From the NCBI GenBank assembly GCA_017510225.1, contig JAFWNS010000006.1, forward strand, positions 2,260 to 66,259: a stretch of DNA of 64,000 nucleotides. The letters run 5' to 3'. Position 1 is the first letter of the stretch. Every line of letters starts with the position of its first letter. Of this stretch, positions 1 through 9,501 are shown piece after piece. The translations under genes and the position numbers were made by a program. A model generated the notes under the pieces. It saw nothing but the letters and a program-made list of their open reading frames with translations, did no database searches and was not told the DNA's origin. The stretch is from Bacilli bacterium (GTDB lineage: Bacteria; Bacillota_I; Bacilli_A; RF39; UBA660).

Positions 1-118
1 AGGTAAGGAAAATGTTAAGCTTTTACTTAAAGATACACCAGAATTAAAGGATGAATTAGAGACTAAAGTTAGGGAATATTATGATATAAATATTGAAGAT
101 ACTAAGAAAGAGAAGTAA
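1..118 (+). CDS. recA: 3' end of recombinase RecA (partial; the window starts inside the gene)
   Basis: The frame reads ...GKENVKLLLKDTPELKDELETKVREYYDINIEDTKKEK then stop. The NPE-x-A-x-EIE-x-KVRE-like pattern is typical of the RecA C-terminus. recA directly upstream of rny is the usual Firmicutes arrangement. Confidence 0.5.
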   Translation, partial: GKENVKLLLKDTPELKDELETKVREYYDINIEDTKKEK

Positions 119-143
119 ACTCTTTCTTTTATTTTTGTTTACA

Positions 144-172
144 TTGACAATGATTAAAAATAAAAGTACAAT
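144..172 (+). promoter_or_regulatory. sigma-A type promoter for rny
   Basis: TTGACA (144-149), a 17-nt spacer, then TACAAT (167-172), about 40 nt upstream of the rny RBS. Confidence 0.5.
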
Positions 173-204
173 AGAATTAGATTTAGGTTATTACCTAATT
201 CTAG

Positions 205-1770
205 ATGGAGGAGTATATGAGTGGTTTAGGATTCTCCATTTTACTTGTAGTTATTGGATTACTTGTAGGCTTTTTTATAGCGTTTGTTATAAATAGTTTA
301 AAAGGAAGCATGGCTTCTAGAAAAGCAGAATCTATTATTAATAGTGCTAAAAAAGAAGTAGATAAAATTAAAAGAGATGCTGCTATAGAACAAAAAGAAG
401 AAGCACATCGTATGAAAATGGACTTAGATAAAGAAATTCGTGAAAAGAAAAATGAAATGAAAGAATCAGAAGCTAGACTTATGCAAAGAGAGGCTAGTAT
501 AGATAAAAGAGATGAATTATTTCAAAAAAGAGAAACTGCTTTAGATGAACGTGAAGAAAAATTAGAAGCACGTCAATTAGAGATTCAGAACGAAAAAAGT
601 AAAGTGGAAGATATAAGAAAAGAACAATTAGATTTATTACAAAAGATTTCAGGATTTAGTAAAGATAAGGCTCGTAAAGAAGTTATGAGTCACGTAAAAG
701 AAGATATGAGTAAAGAGATTGCTGAATACATTAAAGAAAGAGAAGATGAAGCTAAATTAACAGCTGATAAAACAGCTAGAGAATTAATAGTTACATCTAT
801 GCAAAAGTATGCAGCAGACATAGCTAGTGATCAAACTGTTACAGTAGTAGATCTACCTAATGATGAAATGAAGGGTAGAATAATTGGTCGTGAAGGACGT
901 AATATTAGAACTATTGAAGCTATTACAGGAGTAGATTTAATTATTGATGATACTCCAGAAGCAGTAGTTTTATCTAGTTTTGATCCATTACGTAGAGAGA
1001 TTGCTAGAGTTACTTTAGAGAGTTTAATTAAAGATGGTCGAATCCATCCAACAAGAATTGAAGAATTATATGATAAAGTTTGTAAGGATATGAAGAAAAA
1101 GATTACTGAGTATGGACATGATACTACAGTAGAACTTGGACTTACTAAATTTGATCCAGCATTAATTGAGACAATTGGTAAATTACATTTTAGAACAAGT
1201 TATGGACAAAATGCATTACAACATTCTAGAGAAGTTGCTGAACTTTCTGGAATATTAGCTGGAGAACTTGGAGAAAATGTTACTCTTGCTAAAAGAGCTG
1301 GTCTATTACATGATATTGGTAAAGCAATTGATCATGAAGTAGAAGGAAGTCATGTTGATATTGGTGTTGATATAGCTAAGAAGTATAAAGAAGATAAAGT
1401 TGTTATTAATGCTATTGCATCACATCATGGTGATACTGCTGCTACTAGTGTTATTTCAACAATAGTTGCTATTGCTGATGCTTTATCTGCATCACGTCCA
1501 GGAGCTAGAAATGATTCTTTAGAAAACTATATTAAAAGACTTACTCAGCTTGAAGAAGTTGGTAATAATATGGATGGTGTTGATAAAACATTTGCTGTTC
1601 AAGCTGGTAGAGAATTACGTGTAATTGTTAAACCTGATCAAGTAGATGATTTAGAAGCACATAAGATAGCTCGTGAAGTAAAAGAAAAAATAGAAGAGAC
1701 TATGAAATATCCTGGAACAATTAAAATTACAGTTGTTCGTGAAACAAGAGCACAAGAAGAAGCAAAATAA
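205..1770 (+). CDS. rny: ribonuclease Y (N-terminal TM helix, KH domain, HD domain)
   Basis: N-terminal hydrophobic helix, then a long coiled coil rich in E, K and R. KH motif ([15 protein letters not shown]). HD motif ([15 protein letters not shown]). The more likely start is ATG 217 (MSGLGF...), which has GGAGG 5 nt upstream. Confidence 0.92.
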   Translation: MEEYMSGLGFSILLVVIGLLVGFFIAFVINSLKGSMASRKAESIINSAKKEVDKIKRDAAIEQKEEAHRMKMDLDKEIREKKNEMKESEARLMQREASIDKRDELFQKRETALDEREEKLEARQLEIQNEKSKVEDIRKEQLDLLQKISGFSKDKARKEVMSHVKEDMSKEIAEYIKEREDEAKLTADKTARELIVTSMQKYAADIASDQTVTVVDLPNDEMKGRIIGREGRNIRTIEAITGVDLIIDDTPEAVVLSSFDPLRREIARVTLESLIKDGRIHPTRIEELYDKVCKDMKKKITEYGHDTTVELGLTKFDPALIETIGKLHFRTSYGQNALQHSREVAELSGILAGELGENVTLAKRAGLLHDIGKAIDHEVEGSHVDIGVDIAKKYKEDKVVINAIASHHGDTAATSVISTIVAIADALSASRPGARNDSLENYIKRLTQLEEVGNNMDGVDKTFAVQAGRELRVIVKPDQVDDLEAHKIAREVKEKIEETMKYPGTIKITVVRETRAQEEAK

Positions 1771-1793
1771 TGCTTCTTTTTTTGTAAAAAAAA

Positions 1794-1822
1794 ATAGAAG
1801 TAAATTACTTCTATTTTTCTTC
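1794..1822. terminator. bidirectional rho-independent terminator between the convergent rny and rnj genes
   Basis: Hairpin agaagtaa/ttacttct with an A-run on the 5' side and a T-run on the 3' side. Confidence 0.5.
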
Positions 1823-3493
1823 TTTTTTAATATCTAATATTACAGGTAATATAATTGGTTTTCTACCAGTTAATTCATCTATAAATGGATATAATTCATC
1901 AGTTATATTACTTTTTAATATAGCAAATGTTGTTTTTGGATTAGATAGACTCTTTCTAATAACTTCTTCAGCTCTATCTTCTATCTTTTTAATTAGTTCT
2001 TCGTTTTCGTTTACTAAGATAAATCCTCTAGTAGTAATATTAGGTTTAATTAATAATTCACGTTTCTTCATATCAACATTGATTATTACTACTAATATTC
2101 CATCATTAGCCATTATCTTTCTATCTTTAATAACAACACTACCTATTTCTCCAATACGATTACCATCTACATAAACATCTTGTCCAGAATAGCTTTCTCC
2201 TTTAGTAATAACATGATTCTTTATGTTTAGAGAATCACCATTCTTTAAAATAAATGTATTTTCTTTAGGAATACCACAGTTTATACCAATATCAGCTTGT
2301 TTTTTAAGCATTCTATAGTCTCCATGGAATGGCATTAAGTATTTAGGTTTAATTAATCTAATCATTAGTTTAATTTCTTCTTCATTGGCATGTCCTGAAG
2401 TATGAAGATCTACTAATGATTTATTTGTATATACTTTAACACCTTTCAAATATAGTTTATTAATAGTTTTAGCAATACTTAAAGCATTTCCTGGTATTGC
2501 ACTAGATGAGAATATTACAACATCATCTGGTCTTAGTTTTATTTGTTTATGAGTACCATTTGATATTCTAGATAAAGCTGCAAGTGGTTCTCCTTGAGAT
2601 CCAGTACATAGGATTGTTACTTCACCAGGTTTTAAATTATTTGCTTCTTCTGGAGTTATTAATAATTCTTTATGGTCGATATATCCACCATTAATAGAAA
2701 TATTAATATTGTTTTCCATAGAACGACCAAATATACATATTTTTCTACCATGTTTATAACAAGTTTCAAAGATATGTTTAACACGATATATATTAGAAGC
2801 GAATGTGGCGATAATTATTCTATTATTTTTACAATTATCAAACATTTCTCCTAAAGTTTCATCAACTACAGATTCACTAGATGAGAATCCTTCGTTTAAT
2901 GCATTAGTTGAATCTCCGATTAAAAGATCAACCCCTTTTTCCCCAAGTGTAGCCATTTTATATAAGTTAGCCATTGGCCCAATTGGAGTTAAATCAAATT
3001 TATAGTCTCCAGTAGTAACTATTCTACCATCTGGAGTATTAATACTTATTCCATGTGAATCAGGTACAGAGTGAGTAATTCTAAAAAACTCAACTTCTAT
3101 ATCTTGGAATTTTAACTTAGTGTCTTCAGTGTACACAAAGAGATTGTCATATCTAATGTTTCTATCTTCCAGTTTAACCGCAATTAACTCTTTGGCATGA
3201 TTAGGTGCATATATTGCAGGTATATTAATACTTTGAAGTAAATAAGGAATACCACCTATATGATCTTCATGACCATGAGTTATAAGTAACGCTTTAATTT
3301 TATCTTCATTTTCCTTTAAGAAAGTAAAATCAGGTAAAACATAATCAATACCCATTAATGTACCTTCTGGAAAACTAACACCGGCATCAATAATAACAAT
3401 AGAGTCTTTATGCATTACACAATACATATTTTTTCCGACTTCTCCAAGACCACCTAAAACAACTAATTTTGTTTCATTGGTTTCTTTTTTCAT
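1811..3493 (-). CDS. rnj: ribonuclease J (metallo-beta-lactamase / beta-CASP RNase)
   Basis: HGHEDHIGG metallo-beta-lactamase motif. 560 aa with the RNase J architecture. AAGGAG RBS 5 nt before the ATG at 3493. Confidence 0.92.
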   Translation of the reverse strand: MKKETNETKLVVLGGLGEVGKNMYCVMHKDSIVIIDAGVSFPEGTLMGIDYVLPDFTFLKENEDKIKALLITHGHEDHIGGIPYLLQSINIPAIYAPNHAKELIAVKLEDRNIRYDNLFVYTEDTKLKFQDIEVEFFRITHSVPDSHGISINTPDGRIVTTGDYKFDLTPIGPMANLYKMATLGEKGVDLLIGDSTNALNEGFSSSESVVDETLGEMFDNCKNNRIIIATFASNIYRVKHIFETCYKHGRKICIFGRSMENNINISINGGYIDHKELLITPEEANNLKPGEVTILCTGSQGEPLAALSRISNGTHKQIKLRPDDVVIFSSSAIPGNALSIAKTINKLYLKGVKVYTNKSLVDLHTSGHANEEEIKLMIRLIKPKYLMPFHGDYRMLKKQADIGINCGIPKENTFILKNGDSLNIKNHVITKGESYSGQDVYVDGNRIGEIGSVVIKDRKIMANDGILVVIINVDMKKRELLIKPNITTRGFILVNENEELIKKIEDRAEEVIRKSLSNPKTTFAILKSNITDELYPFIDELTGRKPIILPVILDIKKEEK

Positions 3494-3625
3494 ATAAACT
3501 CCTTTCTTTTGATTTAAAGAACTAACGAGAAGATTATACTATATTTTTTAAATTTTGTCCATATAATCATAATTTTTAATAGTAAAATAGATTGTTTTTT
3601 GATATAATTTTTATAGGTGATAACT

Positions 3626-4645
3626 ATGGGTATTTTTAACAAGATAAAAGATATGTTTAAGACTGAAAAAGTTAGTGAAGAAGTAGTTAAAGAAGAAAAA
3701 ATAGATAAAAAAACTAAAGAAGAAGTAAAAGTGTATGAGAAGGGACTTTCTAAGTCTAGAGAAGGTTTTGTATCTAAGTTAGCTAATTTAACTAATAAAT
3801 ATAGAACTATTAATGATGAGTATTTTGATGAATTAGAAGAAATATTAATAATGGCAGATATTGGTGTTAATACGGTTATGGATTTTATAGATAGACTTAA
3901 GACAAGAGCGGCTAAAGAGAAAATAGAAGATCCTGAGGTATTAAAAGAAGTTATAGTTGATGAATTGTTTATTATATATGTTAATGATGAAGTATTAACT
4001 AATAAGATTAATGAAAATGAAGATGGTCCAACTGTAGTTTTATTTATTGGAGTTAATGGAGTAGGTAAGACTACTACTATTGCGAAGATTGCACATAAGT
4101 ACAAAGAAGAAGGTAAAAAAGTTTTATTAGTAGGAGCAGATACTTTTAGGGCAGGAGCTGTATCTCAACTTGATGAATGGGCAGATAAAGTAGGTGTAGA
4201 CTTCTATGGAAAAGACCAAGGAAGTGATCCTGCTAGTGTAGTTTATGATGGTTGTAGTAAGGCAGTAGAAGAAAAATATGATATAGTATTAATAGATACT
4301 GCAGGTAGACTTCAAAATAAAGTTAATTTAATGAAAGAGTTAGAAAAGATTAATAGGGTAATTGGTAGTATAGTGGAAGGTGGACCTCATGAAACATTAC
4401 TTGTAATAGATGCGACTACTGGACAAAATGGTATTAGTCAAGCTAATTCATTTAAAGAAATTACTAATATAACAGGTATTATTTTAACTAAATTAGATGG
4501 TACTGCTAAAGGTGGTATAGTACTTGCTATTAAAGAGAGTGTTGGTATACCAGTTAAATATATTGGACTTGGTGAAAAAGCTAGTGATTTGCAAGCTTTT
4601 GATATAGAAAAATATATATATGGATTATTTAAGGATATGATGTAG
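3626..4645 (+). CDS. ftsY: signal recognition particle receptor FtsY
   Basis: SRP-GTPase motifs GVNGVGKTTT, DTFRAGA and DTAGR. Acidic N-terminal region. The start is moved to ATG 3626 (AGGTGA RBS) from the GTG at 3617 in the ORF track. Confidence 0.92.
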   Translation: MGIFNKIKDMFKTEKVSEEVVKEEKIDKKTKEEVKVYEKGLSKSREGFVSKLANLTNKYRTINDEYFDELEEILIMADIGVNTVMDFIDRLKTRAAKEKIEDPEVLKEVIVDELFIIYVNDEVLTNKINENEDGPTVVLFIGVNGVGKTTTIAKIAHKYKEEGKKVLLVGADTFRAGAVSQLDEWADKVGVDFYGKDQGSDPASVVYDGCSKAVEEKYDIVLIDTAGRLQNKVNLMKELEKINRVIGSIVEGGPHETLLVIDATTGQNGISQANSFKEITNITGIILTKLDGTAKGGIVLAIKESVGIPVKYIGLGEKASDLQAFDIEKYIYGLFKDMM

Positions 4646-4653
4646 GTGATATT

Positions 4654-4944
4654 ATGAAAAAAGAAGAAAAGAATAAAAAAACAGTAAAAAAAGATAATAA
4701 GAAAAAAGAAATAACTAAAACAGATATGTTATTTGTAGATATTCAAATAGTAGTAACTTTACTTACTATAATTATCGCAATACTTTTTGTACTTAATAAA
4801 GCTTCATTTAAGTTATTTGAGTTATCATTAGGAGTTAACTTATTAATAATAGCTTTTAATAACTATAAAGTATATAAGAGAAGTAAATTAACTGTATTAT
4901 ATATACTTGTAGGTATTGCTTTATTACTTTGTTTAGGTGTTTAG
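4654..4944 (+). CDS. small membrane protein with a Lys-rich N-terminus and two TM helices, located inside the SRP operon
   Basis: AGGTGA RBS. Stop 2 nt before the ylxM start. Two hydrophobic helices. No recognisable family. Confidence 0.5.
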   Translation: MKKEEKNKKTVKKDNKKKEITKTDMLFVDIQIVVTLLTIIIAILFVLNKASFKLFELSLGVNLLIIAFNNYKVYKRSKLTVLYILVGIALLLCLGV

Positions 4945-4945
4945 T

Positions 4946-5248
4946 ATGGAAGAAGTTTTATACTATAATGAGTTGTATGATTTATATGGAGAGTTGTTAA
5001 CTGATAAACAAAGAAAGTATTATGAAGATTATTATTTTAATGACTTAAGTTTGGGGGAAATGGCTGATTTATATGGTGTTAGTAGAAATGCTATATTTAA
5101 ACAAGTACATAATGTTACTAATAAGTTAGAAGATTATGAAAAAAAGTTAGGTTTATTAGATAAGAAGAATAGTTTATTAGAAATAATAAATACTATTAAA
5201 GATAAAAATGTTAAGAATAATCTTAATGAAATAGTAGATAAATTTTAA
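4946..5248 (+). CDS. ylxM: YlxM/p13-like HTH protein (UPF0122) of the SRP operon
   Basis: LTDKQRKYYEDYYFNDLSLGEMADLYGVSRNAIF is the signature of the sigma-70 region-4-like YlxM family. This family normally lies between ftsY and ffh. Confidence 0.85.
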   Translation: MEEVLYYNELYDLYGELLTDKQRKYYEDYYFNDLSLGEMADLYGVSRNAIFKQVHNVTNKLEDYEKKLGLLDKKNSLLEIINTIKDKNVKNNLNEIVDKF

Positions 5249-5253
5249 TAATT

Positions 5254-5283
5254 AAAAGCAATTTTATAAAATTGCTTTTTATT
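5254..5283 (+). terminator. rho-independent terminator after ylxM
   Basis: aaagcaatttt / aaaattgcttt hairpin followed by a T-run. Confidence 0.5.
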
Positions 5284-5295
5284 TATATAAAGTTC

Positions 5296-5324
5296 TTGTA
5301 AAAAGGGATAAAAACTTGTATAAT
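5296..5324 (+). promoter_or_regulatory. promoter for the HerA-like ATPase gene (extended -10)
   Basis: TTGTAA (5296-5301), 17 nt, then TGTATAAT (5317-5324). Confidence 0.45.
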
Positions 5325-5361
5325 TTATATAAGATAGGGATAAAAGGATTGAGGGGATTAT

Positions 5362-7665
5362 ATGTTTGATAAAATCGTTTATATTAGTGATCGTGGTGCG
5401 GATATTAAATTAAAAGATCCAGATAATATTGCGATTAATTTAATGAATTTACATCTTATATTTGAAGATAAGGATAAAAAGGTATTAGGAGAAGTTGATG
5501 ATTTAGATAAAGATATAGTTAAAGCTAGATTTTTAGGAGAAATTGTTGATGGTAAATTAATAGGTGGTACTATTAGAAAACCTTCTTTAGATGCTTCTAT
5601 TAGAGTTATTGAACAATCTGAGATTCCTATGATTGTTGGTGAAGATAAAGATGGTTATATGAGATTTGGTGTTAGTCCTTTCTATAATGATTTTCCTGTG
5701 TACTTAGATGTTAATAGTTTCTTTAGTAATCATTTTGCTATATTTGGTAATACTGGTAGTGGTAAAAGTTGTGGTGTAACTAGACTTTTCCAAAATATGT
5801 TTCATGATAAGAGATTATTTCCTTATAAATCTAATATGTTCTTATTTGATTCTTCAGGAGAATATTATAATGCTTTTAGTAATTTAAATACTATTGATCC
5901 TAATTATCATTATAGATTCTTTAGTACTAATGAGGCTGAAGGTAAAGGGGAAAAGATAAGAGTACCTATTTGGTTACTTAATGTTAGTGATTTAGCTTTA
6001 TTATTACAAGCTACTAATCATTCACAACTTCCTATAATTGAGAGAATGTTAAAATTAGCTTTAATCTTTTCTCAAACTGATGTAGATGCTACTAAATATA
6101 AGAACCATTTAATAGCAAAAGCTATTATGACTATTTTATATACAAATGAGACATCTCCTAACAAGAGAAATGAAATTTTTTCTATATTAGCTAGTTGTTC
6201 TACACCTCAATTTAATTTAGAGGCACCAGTACAAGGTATTGGTTATACTAGAAAATTTAGAGAGTGTTTCTTAATTGATTCACAAGGACAATTTTCAGAG
6301 AGTGTGTTACTTACTGAGTATGTTTCTTCATTTATTAAGAGTGAGTATGATTCTTATGAACCTAAGGGTGGAGTATTCTATTCATTAGATACTTTAGAAA
6401 AAGCTCTTAACTTTACTTTAATTAGTGAAGGTTGGTTAAGAAATGAGAATACTTATGGTGATGCAGTTACTCTTAAAGTTAGATTACATTCACTTATAAT
6501 TGGTGATTACGCTAAATACTTTGATGTTAAAGAATATGTACCTTTAGAGACTTATTTATCATCATTACTTCTTAATAATGGTCGTAAATATCAAATTATT
6601 AATATGAATTTTGATGATGTAGATGATGATTTTGCTAAAGTACTTACTAAGATATTTTCTAGACTTATATTTGAATTTGCAAAAGGTTTAAAAGATAGAG
6701 CTAGTATACCTTTTCATATAATTGTTGAAGAAGCTCATAGATATATTCAAAATGATACAGATAGATTCTTAATTGGTTATAATATATTTGAACGAATTGC
6801 TAAAGAGGGTCGTAAATATGCTGTGTTATTAGGTCTTATTTCACAAAGACCTGTAGAATTATCAGATACAGTTATTTCTCAGTGTTCTAGTTTCTTAATA
6901 TTTAAAATGAATCATCCTACTGATGTAGATTATATTAGAAAGATGGTACCTAATATTAGTGATGAAATAATAGAAAAACAAAAGACATTACAAGCGGGTA
7001 CTTGTTTAGGGTTTGGTATGGCATTTAAAATACCATTAATATGTAAGTTAGAGATGCCTGATCCTGCACCTTGGAGTGGTAACTGTGATGTTGTTTCTAT
7101 TTGGAAGGGTGAAGCAAGTTCTAATGTTTCTCCTACTGTAGTAGAAGAACCAGTAGAAAATGCTGTTCCTACTTTTACTGCTGATCAAGCAGCATCTGAT
7201 GTAGATAACAAATCTAACGAACAAAAACCATTAGTTGATATAGTAAGCAGTGAACCACAACTTACTACACCTACTGATAATAATCAAAATGATGGTGTTC
7301 CTGATATTGCAGCGACATTAGCAGCGCAACCTGATACTAAAGAAGAAGAGAATAAGGAGATTCCTGAAATAGCAAGTGAATCTAGTGTATCATCTTTAGA
7401 TACTGAATTAGAAGATGAAGATGAACCTACTTTAAATATAGTTGAGGAAGCAGATGCAGATTCATCAGTTGATGATGATGAAGAAGATGATGATGTTGAT
7501 GATGTTCCTGATATTGGTGTTAATGAGGATAAAGAATCTCCTAAACCATTAGTAGATATAACAGATGCTCCTAGTGATAATAGTGGTAATAGTGATGGAA
7601 ATTTAAATACTAATGTTCCAACTACAGATACAGGAAAACCCCTAATAACTTTAACAGATGAATAA
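5362..7665 (+). CDS. HerA/FtsK-superfamily (DUF87-like) P-loop ATPase with an N-terminal barrel-like domain and a C-terminal acidic disordered tail of about 190 aa
   Basis: Walker A FGNTGSGKS near residue 128, preceded by a HerA-like segment of about 100 aa. Walker B hhhhEEAH (HIIVEEAHRY). HerA-like ISQRP...SQCSSFLIFKMNHPTDVDYI block. Tail is rich in D, E, S and T and carries three KPL[VI]x[IL] motifs. Confidence 0.7.
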   Translation: MFDKIVYISDRGADIKLKDPDNIAINLMNLHLIFEDKDKKVLGEVDDLDKDIVKARFLGEIVDGKLIGGTIRKPSLDASIRVIEQSEIPMIVGEDKDGYMRFGVSPFYNDFPVYLDVNSFFSNHFAIFGNTGSGKSCGVTRLFQNMFHDKRLFPYKSNMFLFDSSGEYYNAFSNLNTIDPNYHYRFFSTNEAEGKGEKIRVPIWLLNVSDLALLLQATNHSQLPIIERMLKLALIFSQTDVDATKYKNHLIAKAIMTILYTNETSPNKRNEIFSILASCSTPQFNLEAPVQGIGYTRKFRECFLIDSQGQFSESVLLTEYVSSFIKSEYDSYEPKGGVFYSLDTLEKALNFTLISEGWLRNENTYGDAVTLKVRLHSLIIGDYAKYFDVKEYVPLETYLSSLLLNNGRKYQIINMNFDDVDDDFAKVLTKIFSRLIFEFAKGLKDRASIPFHIIVEEAHRYIQNDTDRFLIGYNIFERIAKEGRKYAVLLGLISQRPVELSDTVISQCSSFLIFKMNHPTDVDYIRKMVPNISDEIIEKQKTLQAGTCLGFGMAFKIPLICKLEMPDPAPWSGNCDVVSIWKGEASSNVSPTVVEEPVENAVPTFTADQAASDVDNKSNEQKPLVDIVSSEPQLTTPTDNNQNDGVPDIAATLAAQPDTKEEENKEIPEIASESSVSSLDTELEDEDEPTLNIVEEADADSSVDDDEEDDDVDDVPDIGVNEDKESPKPLVDITDAPSDNSGNSDGNLNTNVPTTDTGKPLITLTDE

Positions 7666-7690
7666 GCAGTATTACTGCTTTTTTATTTAT
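7664..7690 (+). terminator. rho-independent terminator after the HerA-like gene
   Basis: aagcagta / tactgctt hairpin overlapping the stop codon, then TTTTT. Confidence 0.5.
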
Positions 7691-7725
7691 TTAAAATAGT
7701 GTATAATAAGTGATAGGTGATAAAT

Positions 7726-9033
7726 ATGTTTGAAAACTTAGGAGATAGATTACAAAATGTAATACATAAAGTAAAAGGTTATGGAAAAATAACTGAAGAA
7801 AATATATCAGAAATGATGAGAGAAATTAGATTGGCACTACTTGAAGCTGATGTTAATTATAAAGTAGTAAAAGAATTTACTAATAGTGTTAAAGAAAAGG
7901 CTTTAGGAGAAGAAGTTGCTTCTAGTATTAATCCAGGAGATTTATTTGTTAAAATAGTGCAAGATGAATTAACTGAATTATTAGGAGGAGAAAGTGTTCC
8001 TCTAAATACTAAAGGTAATCCAGCTATACTTATGTTAGTTGGTCTCCAAGGATCTGGTAAAACTACTACTATTGGTAAACTTTCTAATTTTTTAAGAAAA
8101 AAACATAGTAAGAAACCATTATTAGTAGCGTGTGATGTATATAGACCAGCTGCTATAGATCAATTAAAACAAATTGGTAAACAACTTAATATAGAAGTTT
8201 ATAGTGAAGGAAAAAAAGACCCTGTAGAAATAGCGAATAATGCAGTTAAATATGCTAAAGAAAATGGATATGACTATGTATTAATAGATACTGCTGGTCG
8301 TCTTCATATAGATGAAGAATTAATGGATGAGTTAGATAATATTAAAAATAAAGTTAATCCTGGTGAGGTATTATTAGTAATAGATGCTATGATGGGACAA
8401 GATGCTATTAATGTTATTAATGGATTTAATGATAAATTACCTCTTACTGGTGTTATTCTTACTAAATTAGATGGTGATACTAGAGGTGGAGTTGCTTTAT
8501 CAGTCAGACATATTACTAATGTACCAATTAAGTTTATTGGTGTATCTGAAAAACTAGACGGACTTGATTCTTTTGATCCAGAAAGAATGGCTGGAAGAAT
8601 CTTAGGTATGGGTGATGTCGTTTCTTTAGTAGAGAAGGCTACTGAAGCAATAGATGAAAAAGAAGCAGAGAAGACTGCTAAAAGAATGCAACAAGGTAAA
8701 TTTGATTTAGAAGATTTTCTATCTACTATGAAACAAATGAAAAAACTTGGTCCTTTAGAAAACTTACTAAAATTAATACCAGGAGCTAAGAAAATGGGTC
8801 TTAATAATATTAAAATAGATCCTAAACAAATGGCTCATATAGAAGCAATTGTTTTATCTATGACACCTAAAGAAAGAAGAAATCCTAATATAATAAAAGC
8901 TAGTAGAAAAACAAGAATTGCTAAAGGTAGTGGAACTTCAGTACAAGAAGTAAATAAACTACTACAACAATTTGATCAAATGAAAAATATGATGAAACAA
9001 ATGAAAAATGGAAATATGAAATTACCTTTTTAA
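7726..9033 (+). CDS. ffh: signal recognition particle protein Ffh
   Basis: MFENLGDRLQ N-terminus. GLQGSGKTTT, DTAGR and TKLDGD GTPase motifs. Met-rich M-domain at the C-terminus. Start set to ATG 7726 (AGGTGA RBS) rather than GTG 7717. TGTATAAT extended -10 at 7700-7707. Confidence 0.95.
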   Translation: MFENLGDRLQNVIHKVKGYGKITEENISEMMREIRLALLEADVNYKVVKEFTNSVKEKALGEEVASSINPGDLFVKIVQDELTELLGGESVPLNTKGNPAILMLVGLQGSGKTTTIGKLSNFLRKKHSKKPLLVACDVYRPAAIDQLKQIGKQLNIEVYSEGKKDPVEIANNAVKYAKENGYDYVLIDTAGRLHIDEELMDELDNIKNKVNPGEVLLVIDAMMGQDAINVINGFNDKLPLTGVILTKLDGDTRGGVALSVRHITNVPIKFIGVSEKLDGLDSFDPERMAGRILGMGDVVSLVEKATEAIDEKEAEKTAKRMQQGKFDLEDFLSTMKQMKKLGPLENLLKLIPGAKKMGLNNIKIDPKQMAHIEAIVLSMTPKERRNPNIIKASRKTRIAKGSGTSVQEVNKLLQQFDQMKNMMKQMKNGNMKLPF

Positions 9034-9108
9034 AGGTAATTTTTCTTTGGGCTAATTTAGTGTCTTATTAGTATAAATTACATAATATACATTAGAGGAG
9101 GTATTATA

Positions 9109-9426
9109 ATGTTTGATTCAAATACTAATAACGTTGATTTTGATTCTAATGTTACTGGTGATAATAACGTAATTGAGAATGATATGAATGTTGATATTAA
9201 TATGATGAGTAATACTGGAGGCATGATGCAAGGTGGATGTAATGAACCGGTACAAGAAAAATGTATTCATAAAACAATAGTACATGAAGTACCACATGTA
9301 TGTCCTATACATACTAGAATTATAAATCATCATGTATATAAACATACTTATAGACCACAATATACTTGTTCAGAAGAAAATACAGTTAGTAATGTTCAAT
9401 GTGGATCTTGTTGTAATTTTAGATAA
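9109..9426 (+). CDS. His-rich CotD-like spore coat protein (putative)
   Basis: IVHEVPHVCPIHTRIINHHVYKHTY repeats resemble the Bacillus CotD family. AGGAGG RBS. Cys-rich C-terminus. Confidence 0.45.
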   Translation: MFDSNTNNVDFDSNVTGDNNVIENDMNVDINMMSNTGGMMQGGCNEPVQEKCIHKTIVHEVPHVCPIHTRIINHHVYKHTYRPQYTCSEENTVSNVQCGSCCNFR

Positions 9427-9447
9427 AAAGAACATAGTTCTTTTTTT
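9427..9447 (+). terminator. rho-independent terminator
   Basis: aaagaac / gttcttt hairpin followed by T7. Confidence 0.5.
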
Positions 9448-9501
9448 ATGGTTGAAAATATTTATAATTAGTGTATACTTATGTGGAAGAGGAGTAATAC
9501 T

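Noticed and set aside
93-296. 67-aa + strand ORF overlapping the rny start
   Set aside because: It overlaps the strongly supported rny start and RBS, is AT-rich low-complexity, and has no RBS. I treat it as spurious.
2672-3005. Two + strand ORFs (60 and 66 aa) inside rnj on the opposite strand
   Set aside because: Antisense to a well-supported conserved gene, with no RBS. These are typical AT-rich chance ORFs.
3514-4104. 196-aa minus-strand ORF overlapping the ftsY 5' half
   Set aside because: Antisense to ftsY, with low-complexity S/I/L/T-rich translation. Spurious.
5362-7665. Interpretation of the 767-aa ATPase as a conjugative VirB4/TraC, FtsK/SpoIIIE or EssC secretion ATPase, that is, part of a mobile element
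   Set aside because: There is no TM segment, only a single ATPase domain, and no relaxase, coupling-protein or pilus genes or integrase nearby. The Walker A context and ISQRP block fit HerA better. It still needs an HMM check.
9118-9360. 80-aa minus-strand ORF inside the CotD-like gene
   Set aside because: Antisense, low-complexity, with no RBS.
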